Source of the DNA: Catajapyx aquilonaris
Taxonomy: Eukaryota
Length of the DNA stretch: 63,132 nt
NCBI GenBank assembly: GCA_000934665.2
Contig: KZ538545.1
Span: 1-63,132, forward strand
Direction: 5' to 3'
Program-made: the position numbers and the translations under genes
The notes under the pieces: generated by a model
Databases searched by the model: none
What the model saw: the letters and a program-made list of their open reading frames with translations, nothing else
What the model was told of the DNA's origin: nothing
In this document: positions 25,009 to 35,926 of the stretch, piece by piece
How the letters are laid out: every line of letters starts with the position of its first letter
How positions within the stretch are numbered: the first letter of the stretch is position 1

Positions 25009-27185
25009 ATGCCTGAGAGTGAGTACATGCAATTGGGCACTGAAATTTGGAAGACATACTTATCAGTGTGCATACATAACAATGGCCACAAAATGGCATT
25101 GTTATGAATGAGAAGTTTGCCCCATAATAATTATGATAATTACTTGTTAATGTTACAGAAGGAGATACGTTTGTGGCTCCGGCTGCAGTGGACAGCAAGG
25201 ATGACATTGGCAATCAGTGAGTTTGTACATGTCGTACCCACCCGGCAGTCATGTAATTACATTGCGCTTTATAATTGTAGGACGCAACGTCTTACTAATG
25301 AGGACTTTCGGAAGCTATTCATGACACCCCGGTCCTCCTCTGGCATGTCCACTCCGTCTCTGTCCACTCCTCGTGACCTCGGGGGAGTGGGCGGACGTGT
25401 CGGAGGGGGTGCCATGAGTGGAGGACTCGGGGGATCCATGAGCGGCGTAGTTGGAAGTGGAAGCAGCGGAACAGGGAAGGATGCTGATTCAGAGGACCGT
25501 GCAGAGAGACGCCGGAAGAAGAAGTCATTTTACGCCAAACTCAAGAAGCAGGAGGAGGATAAGATGGCGGAGTTGGCTTTGAAGTACAGGGACAGGGCCA
25601 GGGAGAGGAGAGAAGGAGCTAATCCTGACTACCAAGCGGACGACCCCATGGCCACTGCGGGGGGCTACAGGGCTGTTGCACCTGACGTCAAATCGTGAGT
25701 TGATCGTTGGGTTAACCACATGATTTGTAAAATTAACTTCTTGTCCTCATGTTTTTAGAGGGATGGATGCGGCAGAGAGACGTCGGCAAATGATTCAGGA
25801 ATCCAAATTCTTGGGAGGTGACATGGAGCATACCCATTTGGTGAAAGGGTTGGATTACGCCCTGTTACAGAAGGTACTTGCCTGCTTTGGGTGTTAGAAA
25901 GTTCAGAGCTTTCATCTGCAATGTACTTTCAGGTTCGAAGTGAGATCCAGACAAAGGAGAAAGAGGAAGAAGAAGAGATCGAGAAGTTCACACAGCACAA
26001 GCCAAAGGAGAAGAAGGATGAAGTGGAAGATATGCAGTTCAAGACCAAGCTTGGGCGAACAATTTACAGGTGATTCTTGATAGCCAATGGAGGCAAAACT
26101 TGATTCTAACGTAAACTTACATCTGCAGATCAGTGTTCAAATCCCAGGAGATGGAACGAAACGAGTTGTTTGCACCTGGACGCATGGCGTACGTGATCGA
26201 CCTTGACGATGAATATGCTGAGAGCGACATACCAACCACACTGATCCGCTCCAAGTTAGATGTACCATCGCCCGAGTCGCAAGCCACGCTCACCACCAAC
26301 GACATCGTCATTAACAAACTGGCTCAGATCCTCAGCTATCTGAGGCAGGGAACTCGAGGAAGCAAGAAGGGGAAGAAGAAGGAGAAAGGTCCTCCTCCTG
26401 CTGCCAATAAGGAACCTGTGAAGGAGCCAAAGGAGGAACGAAGGGTTGAAGAGAGCATATATGGCGAGATTGGTGACTACGTGCCAACCTCAACCAGGAA
26501 GAGAGAACGTGCGGAAAAGAGAACTTCATATTTTGAGAAGCCTAGCGCAGAAGAAGAGGAGGATGATGCTTTCCAAGAAGCATGGGCCGCAGGGACAGAG
26601 TTGGCCGGAGAGGCTCTCAAGTTGGAAAAGAGGGAAGGACGAGTGGAGAAAGAGGACAGGACGTGAGTATATTACACGGGACATTTATCCACGTTGTAAA
26701 AGTGTGTTACGACTTATTTGCATTCATTTCACAGCCTGGGTGCCTTACTCAAGCGGGACGACGGAAGGAATCTGTCCAAAGCCCAGAAGCTTCTTAAGAA
26801 AATATCTGCAGCTGAACCTGAAGGGTACGCCGAGTGCTATCCAGGTTTTGAAGAGATGCATGATGCTATTGAGGATTCGGATGATGAAGTGGACTACACC
26901 AAGATGGACATGGGCAACAAGAAGGGTCCAATTGGTCGGTGGGACTTTGACACCCAGGAAGAATACAGCGAATACATGAACAACAAGGAGGCATTGCCCA
27001 AGGCAGCTTTCCAGTACGGAGTCAAGATGGCAGATGGGAGAAGGACACGGAAGTTCCCGAAAGAGAAGAACGAGAGAGCCGAGTTGGACAGGGAGTGGCA
27101 GAAGATTCAGGCCATCATTCAGAAGAGGAAGGCCTCGGGTGGCGGTGGCGGTGGGGAATCGGAGAGGAAGGTTGCAAAATATTAG
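25009..27185 (+). CDS. IK: Protein RED / IK (beag) spliceosomal B-complex factor, ~572 aa. Exons 25009-25018, 25159(or 25162)-25216, 25281-25694, 25759-25873, 25933-26069, 26129-26662, 26735-27185
   Basis: Exon sum 1719 nt, open to TAG. Family motifs: MPE start, LTNEDFRKLFMTPR, KYRDRARERREGANPDY, IQESKFLGGDMEHTHLVKGLDYALLQKVR, RNELFAPGRMAY, YAECYPG, KKGPIGRWDFDTQEEYSEYMNNKEALPKAAFQYGVKM, LDREWQKI. Confidence 0.96.
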
Positions 27186-27247
27186 GACACACCATGTTTT
27201 TCTTTTTTCTGGTACCATACAACCAGTGCGTAGCATGAACATGTAAT

Positions 27248-27257
27248 AATAAATAAA
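27248..27257 (+). terminator. Polyadenylation signal(s) of RED/IK (overlapping AATAAA)
   Basis: AATAAATAAA 63 nt after the stop codon, followed by T-rich sequence. Confidence 0.6.
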
Positions 27258-27723
27258 TCACAATTGTCTTTTAATTCCTGTTTATTCCTTCATACTCAAG
27301 GGCAAATTGTTGGACTACCGTGTATATGTTATGTTTTCTTGCAATTATTTCATGATTTCACTCTTCGGCAAGACAAACGTGAATACGTGTCCTGTAACGA
27401 ATTATTAATTATTGTTAGGATTTCTCGGATAATTTCATAATGTCAGGGTATTTATTTATTATATAATGCTGTATTTGCTAATGACAAATAAATGTGTGGT
27501 CAAACCAAAAAATGATGTTAATTACCTGTAATGGCTTCAATGCGTGCAAAATAAATTGAGCAGTTTGGGGTAAGACCGAGTACGACACAGACGACACATC
27601 AACAATGCAATTTGTTGACTTGTGTTTCCTACTTTTCCCTACTTTTCCTACTTATTAATTGTCCGTTTTATCATCATTAAAAAAATTAATTAAACCTTTG
27701 GGTCCTCTCAAAATTCCCCCCAG

Positions 27724-27764
27724 TGACGTCACCAGAGCCCTGCAACGTGAATAATCCTTCAGTC
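27724..27764 (+). promoter_or_regulatory. Putative core promoter of the MCCC2-like gene: CRE palindrome TGACGTCA (27724-27731) and initiator TCAGTC (27759-27764)
   Basis: Exact motif matches 15-55 nt upstream of the in-frame ATG at 27779; TCAGT is the arthropod Inr consensus. Confidence 0.45.
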
Positions 27765-27778
27765 ATACCAACTTATCA

Positions 27779-30700
27779 ATGGTTGGTATGTCGTAAGTAC
27801 TGAGCAAAAAAAAAAGAGGCTTTGGTCGCATTATTTTATCAGCTGTTGAAGCGGCATACAGTGACATTTTCAATTTGACATTACTTTTTCTACCTCAGAA
27901 ACTTCTTCAAGATGCTAACTACACGCTGCATACTGAGACTGTACGTGCGGTATTGTCACACCAGACCGTTCAAGCCGATCTGCAGTGAGTTGGACCGCAA
28001 TGATGCAAAGAGAGGACTGGACAGATTCCAGGAGGGGACCAAGAATCTGGAGAAATTGCAGATGACATGTCTGCAAGGAGGTATATCGCATTGTTCATTC
28101 GCCTCTTTAAATATCATGGATAAGATAATTATAATTTAATTGAAGGTGGTGAGAAGGCGATACTGCGACACACCAAGTCGCACAAGAAGCTGCTTGCTCG
28201 TGACAGACTCTCAAAGCTGCTGGACCCTGGAACTGATTTCCTGGAGATTGGATTGATGGCAGGATTGGATATGCCGTACGGGTGCGTACCGTCTGCTGGA
28301 GCTGTTGGAGGGATTGGGACGATTGCTGGAACCCTTTGCGTTGTGTGGTTGAACGATGCGACTGTCAAAGGCGGAACTTTCTACCCAATCACGGTCACCA
28401 AGTCGTTGCGGATGCAGGCAATTGCGAAGGAAAATGGGCTTCCAGCGGTGAATTTTATTGACTCCGGAGGCGCTTTTCTGCCGTTGCAAGCGGACATCTT
28501 TCCTGATAAGAAGCATGGAGGAAGGACATTTTACAACCAGGCTGTCATGTCTGCGCAGGGTATACTGCAAGTGAGTATTTGACATCTCATGTTTTTCCTG
28601 GATAGCCATGTACATAAGCAATTATGTGTGCAATAGGTATCCTGGCTTGATGCAACCGCAATGTGAGGCACGTGTTTATGTTTATGTTTATCTGTTGGTT
28701 TCCCTGTCCCCACTGACCCTAATATGTTCCTCTCTGCTTGCTTATCTGTCAATGTAAGGTATCTAGGTGCAAGTCAAGGTGCCTTCGTGTGACTCAGAAT
28801 ATTGCGGTTAATTTTGCTACGCCCGGTTGATATACTGATTAAGTCTCGTCACATGTGAATCAGTGCAATAGTTCCAATCTGTTGTCAGCGCGGGATAGAA
28901 CATGTCGGTTGAGCATGGAAAACATTTGATGGGAGGGTATTTTCTTCCACGCTCGATTTACTGGACAGCTCTATCGTGTTGAGGAGCATACCCGAATAGG
29001 ACTATTGTGCTGATTTACATGTGATTGGAATCAGTCAGTATATCATCTTGAAGCAGCAAAATAAACCTTGCGTCATTACCTGAATTCCAGCACTCACCAT
29101 GCCTTGAACCTTTGAGATAAGCTACCTTGACTGATAAGTGAGTCAGGGAGGGAGAGATTAAAGTTGCATCAGGCCAAGATGAATGAAAAAGTCGGGTCCA
29201 CGGTATATGGCGAAACTTTTTGGAACTGATTGTGTACGTGTGGCTTGGCATATCTCTGCCATTTCTCAATAAACATGTATGCTACGTATTGTTGGAAAGT
29301 TTGATCAAATATTCGTAACATACACTCGAAGTGTTTCTCTACCCAACTCTCATATCTGGGTAGTGCAGTGTCATGTCCAAAAAGGTTTCAAATACACTAT
29401 TATCCGAAACAAACAAAAATTAACCTTTGAGCAAAAGATAGTGCAAATCTTTCACCATCTAATCATACGAGTTGAAATTTAGAAATCACCACTTGTGACA
29501 AATGTTATACATTATTTAACCACCCAGAACATGTTAATTCTGAACCAACTGTTAATTAAGCATATTAAATTATTAATTAATCATTAATTCTATGCCACTG
29601 GAAAAGGCCTGGTCATAATAATATTATGACCAGGCCTTTTCCAGTAGTCATATTATGACCTGCCTAATGCAATGTCTCATTGTTATTATTCTGCTTAGGT
29701 GACGGTGGTCTGTGGCAGCTGCACTGCTGGTGCTGCGTACACCCCAACAATGTCAGAGGAAGCATTAATAGTGTCTAGGATAGGCACTGTCTTTCTGGCT
29801 GGGCCTCCCCTGGTGAAGGCAGCCACTGGTGAATGTGTGTCTCCAGAGGATTTGGGCGGGGCGGATCTCCACTGCAGGCTAAGCGGATGCACTGACTTCT
29901 TCGCCGAGACTGAGGAGGAGGCACTTTCTGAGTGCAGGGACGTGGTTGCCTCCTTCAACATGCCGCCAGTGCTGACCCCCACAGAGCCAAGTGAAGCACC
30001 GCTCTTCCAGGAAGAAGAACTTAACGGTACTCCACAGGTTTGGAAATCACTACTAATCAATGTGATGCTTTTCTTTTTCTTTTTTTCTCTCATAGGGTGA
30101 GTTAAAATGGGTTTTTTCATACCCATATTGCCATATTCATTACTTTTTGTGCCTACTTCCTCACTTATTTTCATGAAAAAGTAAATGTTTGTCATCGAAA
30201 CACTCAATGGTTTTCACAAAAACCTGTCAGATATTGTTGTCGCGCTGCATGTGACTGAAGCTGAAAGTTGTACTCCTCTTGTGCATTTAGCTTTTGTCTT
30301 GAAATGCAAAAAGTTGCCTTTTGCAGTGAGTGTGGTTTATTGCAACATTTTATTAACTATTTTTTAAAGTTTAGTAATGCATTATTGTCCCACATCCTTA
30401 ACATGGGTTGATTCCTGCGGGAAACATGTGGCAGTGTACATCATCGTCAGGACATGTACTGTCTTCATCCGTGCAAGTGGAGCTTTGGTGCCACCAGTTG
30501 TGCGTCAGAGCAGCAGCAGAATTACTCAGCTGGCTCGGCGAAAATTTATGTTCATTTTTAAAATCAGAGAAAAAGCTAATAATTATTATATAACAATGCG
30601 TGAGGGATTGATGGTATTTCTCAGAGCCTAAATGGTAAGGTTATACATGTAATTGCCAATTGGGGAGAGAGAGTCTCAGGAAAATTCTGGTGTGCTAAGT

Positions 30701-32191
30701 ATTGACATCATTATTTAAATGGCCAAGCTCGTAAGTGACGATTTGATTTTTGCGGCCTCTCTGTGTTTTACCATTTCCTGCCGCTCTCAGAATATATCAG
30801 GTGGGATTTTAAAAATTCTTATTTGTTAATCCAATAAGATGTGACATGCCTCGGGAGGTAAAGTCCTCCAAATTAAACATTTTTTTTTGTACAACACACC
30901 ACCATTTTAAAGCCATTTAATTTGAATAATTGAATATATGAGTTAAAATTAGCATCCATGATATTGTACTCATATGAATGTGAGCAGTATATGCATATTT
31001 GATCAAATGTGATATTGTTCCACCCTTAGGCTTGTCGGGATTGGAATCATGGACAAAGCAACATATGTATGAAGTTATTGCCAGGATCTTGGATGGCAGT
31101 CGGTTCCGAGAGTTCAAGAAGCTCTTTGGGACCAATTTGGTGGTTGGATTTGGATACATTGAAGGGTAATCATAATTATATTTTTCTTGTACAAAGCAAT
31201 AATAATAGAGGTTTATTATTGCTTGAATATCTTTGGTGACTTACGATGTGTACAGGGATAAAGGGGCCATTCCTGTCATTTTCTTGCCTTTATTCCAATA
31301 GCACCTGAGAGAAGGACATTTTGGCTCATATAAGCTCAGACACACATCTATGGATAACTTATTATTATGTGGTCTTTTTCATGATTGGTAACAATAATTG
31401 TTCAATGTCTTGAAATTTAACAAATATTCTTATGCAGGCAGTTGGTTGGTATCGTGATGGATTGCGGCCCGTTGACTTCTAAAGATGCCTTAAAGGGCTG
31501 CCACTTTGTGCAAGTGTGCGACCAGAGGGACATCCCACTTCTCTTCTTCCAGTGCTGCCATCTCAAAGAGGACAATTACTGCAGCGAAGGAGGCCCACTG
31601 CTGAAGGACAGAGGAAAGATGGCAGCCTCCGTGGCCACGGCACAAGTTCCAAAAATTGCCGTCAACATGCTGGGATGCCATGGGGATGCCAACCTAACTA
31701 TGGTGCGTGCTGCAACTAGAAACTGGTTTATTTTCTTGTAAAAGTTGCGTTCATACGAGGCACATGAAAGCCCCAATATTATATCCTCATAGTCAGACCC
31801 AGTTTCTTTTTTATTTCAGTGTGGCCCAGGGTTTGGTCCTAACTTGCATTTGTCGTGGCCACTTTGTTCATCTACCCCACTGGACATGCACTCTCCCGAA
31901 CCTGTTACCACAGCAGCTGACAGTAAGGATTCTCCTGCCCCGCTTCCGCTGAGTGACTTCGACCCATCATCATCACTCTACTCTGCTTCTCACTTACTGA
32001 CTGATGCCATAATACTTCCATCACACACAAGGAAGGTTTGTAGAATATTACGATAAATGTGTGCAACCTTACGACATTATAGAATTTAAAATGTGCTTAT
32101 TATTTTCAAGGTCCTGGCATCATGCCTCCATGCTGTTCTGCAGCAGAACCGCATGGCAATGCCCAGGAGGCTTTCCGTCCTTCGAATGTGA
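27779..32191 (+). CDS. Methylcrotonoyl-CoA carboxylase beta-like (MCCC2-like paralogue), carboxyltransferase family, ~548 aa, probably mitochondrial. Exons 27779-27792, 27899-28080, 28146-28570, 29699-30026, 31030-31165, 31438-31702, 31820-32035, 32111-32191
   Basis: Exon sum 1647 nt, open to TGA, all GT-AG. Motifs [119 protein letters not shown]-terminal VLRM*. Arg-rich, acid-free N-terminus resembles a transit peptide. Micro-exon 1 less certain (alternative ATG 27912). Confidence 0.9.
29597..29645. repeat. Perfect palindrome, 24-bp arms, 1-nt loop, in intron 3 of the MCCC2-like gene
   Basis: actggaaaaggcctggtcataata-a-tattatgaccaggccttttccagt. Confidence 0.9.
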
Positions 32192-33576
32192 TAATTGGGA
32201 GAATCGTAAACACTGAGATTTATACTCTCTCTGGAGGTCGCCTCCGTGGTGGTGTGGTTATGGCTGCATCCTTGTACTTCCCAAGTTCATCTCTAGGTTG
32301 GCTAGAGGAATTCATTGCACAAATACGGGGTGTTCCAAATTCACTGGCCATATCAGTTGCCAAACTTTGTGCTCAACTGTTTATTTCCTTAAGCCTTTAC
32401 CACTACTGTACTGTGGGATATTTGGGGATATACCTATCATACGATGTACTGTACAGTATTATTGGCACAGTATTATCACGGACCATCTCCCATAAGAAAA
32501 TCATGTGAATGTGTCCAGAATAATATTGTGCTGATAGTACATGAACTGCATATAAGCCTACCCAGGTCTACCGCATGTCCCAAAATACCTGGACATGAAC
32601 CTGCATCTGGAGTGGGACCTAAATCTCACAGATATGCAAGTCAGAGATGGGAATCAAGTCTGAGTCGGGAATAGTTTTCTGAAGTCTTTACCTCGGTACC
32701 CGAATTACTGGGATCTTATTCCTGACTGTAATTTTTATACCTTTATTGTGTTTAAGCTTACCGTTAATAAACTATTTTAATATTTGAAACCAGTAATGTT
32801 TCTGAACAGCCATTTTTTCTATGTCTATCACAAAATGAAGGGCATCATACACACAACTCCATGTGTGACATTCCATGTTTAGTTCCCACTTAATATGTGA
32901 CATGATGCTACTGGTTAACTTAAACAACATTATAATACGTAACTAGTGAAACTACATCTTATCTCATCTGGGACAGGGGAAATGTAGTGAGGAATGGCCA
33001 TATTCTCAATTGAATGCCCATTTTCAGTAGTCATCACTAGCGTATCTGCAATAAATAAAATAATACAGAAATACTTTTTCAATAATTAAATTGACGGAGA
33101 CTGCTCACACACACAATCATTAATAAATTGCTTCAGAATCTGATGTATTTCCAAGGTCCTGCACCAGATGGATTAAAAGCAATTTTGGAAATTTAGTAAT
33201 AAAGGAAAGCTTCATAATAATTATTTTCTGTATTGCATGCACAGTGTTTGATTGCGCAGTTACAATGCAAAGTATAATTATTATTCTGAGAGCATAAATG
33301 TTGGATCAGCAGATTCCATCTTCTGTATTCCCATGTAACCATGAGCACATGCTGTATTGACAGAGGCCTTATTTCATTAACATGATAAAATCAGCAGATG
33401 TTCATCAGTAACCATTATTAGAATGTGACTCATAAATCATGTATTTTAATTAAGCATATGCCTTATAGTTAGCTGTGGTAATCAAACTCCTTCTCCCAGA
33501 GGACACTACCCATCCAAATAATTAACACACAACCTTAATTCAAATCAATAGACGTGTGGACTATCACATCATAATT

Positions 33577-35622
33577 ATGTGGAATGCAGCGCATTTTAGA
33601 ATCATAGCAGGGATGGTAAGCATCGCTTTCCTGCTGATCGTCTCGGCCAGCATTTTGAGTTTGCAAGCTGTTGGTCTGAACAAGACATTCTGTGAGACAT
33701 TCCTATCCGGTGTCAATTTAGAGGAACGCCTAGTGGCAGAAGTAGTGCAAGAACTGCTTAAGAATGAAGCCAGTTTGTGTTCTCTGGTTCTGGCCACAGA
33801 CAAGAAGACGAGTAAGGACATGCAGGAGGTGTTGAGGAAAGAATCTGGAAATTACCGCCAGCTGATGTCCACTCGCACTCACTCCTTTGACTTTTCCTGG
33901 AAGAACTACCCAGGGCTATTGCGGCAGGAGCAGCTCTTCTCCTTCCGCACCATTCCTCCTGAACTTTACTCAAGAGCGTGGGCCGGAAGCTGCTCCTTGA
34001 ATGTGCTAATGATTAGCACCAGCCTGCCTGAGTTCCTGGTGCAAGTGGCTGCCTCGGTGAATATCCGCATCTCAGAAGACAAGTTTTACATTCACTTTCA
34101 AAACTCGAATGGATTTACAGAAATGTTGCTTCCTCCAGCAGATGGGTTGCGACTAAAACTAGGGTCCTTATACAATCCAGATAAAGGAAACCTGCAGCTT
34201 TCGTCAGTCTGTTTCTATTGCGTAAATGGTCAATCAGTTCTGTCATACATGGGACATTTTAGTGACTCAAAGCAACATGCTTATATGCTCAACTTTCCTG
34301 ATACAGCAGAGAGGATGCATGGCAGAGTAATGAAAACATGTCACTTGGATGATGTGGACATGGAGGATGCCCGACGCAAGTGGAAGGACACAGGTTCGAA
34401 GTTGTACTTGTCAAAGGAACAGCGCGTATTTCTAGAGGTTGAAGAACTGTTTGACGTGAGGGTTCAGGTGCATTCATTTGATATCGTTAGTGAGAAGCTT
34501 GAGTATCGCTATGATAATGGTACGTGGACTGGTGTGGTTGGTGAGATCCTTGCTGGTCAAGCTGATTTTTCTGTGGCTGCGTTCCTCACCGAAGAGTCCA
34601 TCAATTTCATAGACATTTCCTACCCACTAGTGTTTTTGTATGCCACCTTTGCCACAAGAGTACCAAGGGGCATTGTGAGGTGGCAAGTCATCTTCGAACC
34701 CTTTTGCATCACATGTTGGTGCTTGTTGATCTCATCCCTCTTTTTGTCAGCACTCGCACTTCAAAAAATCTATCAGATTGGCTGCCGTGAGCAGCATCGC
34801 AAATATACGTTTTTGTCAGCTCTGCACTATGTTGTACGAGCACTTGTGGAACAGCCTGTGAAACTTCCACAGCCCTCGCTATCCCCAGTATGTCTCTTTG
34901 CCATTGCCTGGTGGATTCTAGCCATCGTGGTCACATGTGGATACAAGTCAAAATTGGTTTCTTTCCTCACATCACCACGTAAGGAATGGTTGCCACAAAA
35001 TGTCGAAGAACTTGTGTATGACTCTGACTTCACATGGGGAATGCACCTTGTGATTTTTGTCGGTGCAAAGTCATTGATTCCACCCGCCAACCTGCCCGCC
35101 TTCAATAAGCTGCTGGCTAAAGCACAGCTTGTGGAAGACATGCGTTCATGCCTGCATTACACTCTACACCAGCAATTTGCTTGCATCAGTGTCAACATGG
35201 AATTCAACTACTACCAGAATGAATTTGTCGACATCAAAGGTGATCCCATGACTTACTTGATTCCGGAGCAATACTTCAATTTCTACATAGCCCCCGTGTT
35301 TGGAAGGGGTGATCCCTACGCATTCACCTGGAAGAAGGCCGTCAAGAGGGCCTTCGAAGCAAAACTGTACGACAAGTACATAAGAGATGAGAACCTGGTC
35401 AGTTTGTTTCACCGACTGACAAAGATGCGTGTGCTCATGGCCCAGTACGAGGAAGAGGAGAGAAAGAAGGATGTCCTGACCATGAAGAAGATGACCGCCA
35501 TGTTCAGACTCTGGATTCTGAGCGTGGCACTGGCACTTCCAGCATTCGTCCTGGAAGTAGCCACTTGCAAGAAACCCTCTTCAATGAAAGAACTGCCACA
35601 ATTATTTCCCTTCTTGCCCTGA
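33577..35622 (+). CDS. Divergent ionotropic receptor (IR; variant iGluR chemoreceptor), single exon, ~670-680 aa
   Basis: Uninterrupted 2 kb ORF; hydrophobic signal-like N-terminus (ATG 33577 or 33613); S1 motif NGTWTGVVGEILAGQADFSV; M1 IFEPFCITCWCLLISSLFLSALAL; M2 WWILAIVVTCGYKSKLVSFLT (SYTANLAAFLT-like); S2; M3 LTMKKMTAMFRLWILSVALALPAFVLE. AATAAA at 35867. Confidence 0.9.
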   Translation: MWNAAHFRIIAGMVSIAFLLIVSASILSLQAVGLNKTFCETFLSGVNLEERLVAEVVQELLKNEASLCSLVLATDKKTSKDMQEVLRKESGNYRQLMSTRTHSFDFSWKNYPGLLRQEQLFSFRTIPPELYSRAWAGSCSLNVLMISTSLPEFLVQVAASVNIRISEDKFYIHFQNSNGFTEMLLPPADGLRLKLGSLYNPDKGNLQLSSVCFYCVNGQSVLSYMGHFSDSKQHAYMLNFPDTAERMHGRVMKTCHLDDVDMEDARRKWKDTGSKLYLSKEQRVFLEVEELFDVRVQVHSFDIVSEKLEYRYDNGTWTGVVGEILAGQADFSVAAFLTEESINFIDISYPLVFLYATFATRVPRGIVRWQVIFEPFCITCWCLLISSLFLSALALQKIYQIGCREQHRKYTFLSALHYVVRALVEQPVKLPQPSLSPVCLFAIAWWILAIVVTCGYKSKLVSFLTSPRKEWLPQNVEELVYDSDFTWGMHLVIFVGAKSLIPPANLPAFNKLLAKAQLVEDMRSCLHYTLHQQFACISVNMEFNYYQNEFVDIKGDPMTYLIPEQYFNFYIAPVFGRGDPYAFTWKKAVKRAFEAKLYDKYIRDENLVSLFHRLTKMRVLMAQYEEEERKKDVLTMKKMTAMFRLWILSVALALPAFVLEVATCKKPSSMKELPQLFPFLP

Positions 35623-35926
35623 TAGAGGTAACAAGTTTATGGATCAAAAAATTATGATAAAAATGATTGTCCTCTTGCATTTTACTGTAAACCAGTTTTG
35701 TGCGCATTTGTGAAATCTTTTTCATTTATCGTCACACTTGGATTTATTATTATTAATAATTATTATTAATTAGGATATTATTATTTATTGTTATTAGTAA
35801 TTATTATTAATATTTGCAATATTATTGTTCTGTCAGTCGAGTGTACCTTATTCTACGTATCTCTGCAATAAAAATCCCACAATTATTATTATTGTCTTCT
35901 TTTCTGAAATACAGTATGAAGCAAAA

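Noticed and set aside
30027..30037. Donor at CAG|gtttgg (30037) for MCCC2-like exon 4
   Set aside because: Phase 0 is incompatible with the next exon at 31030, which needs the phase-1 donor at 30026.
25009..35622. RED + MCCC2-like + IR as a functional cluster
   Set aside because: Unrelated functions, separate poly(A)/promoter signals; co-orientation alone is not evidence of a system.
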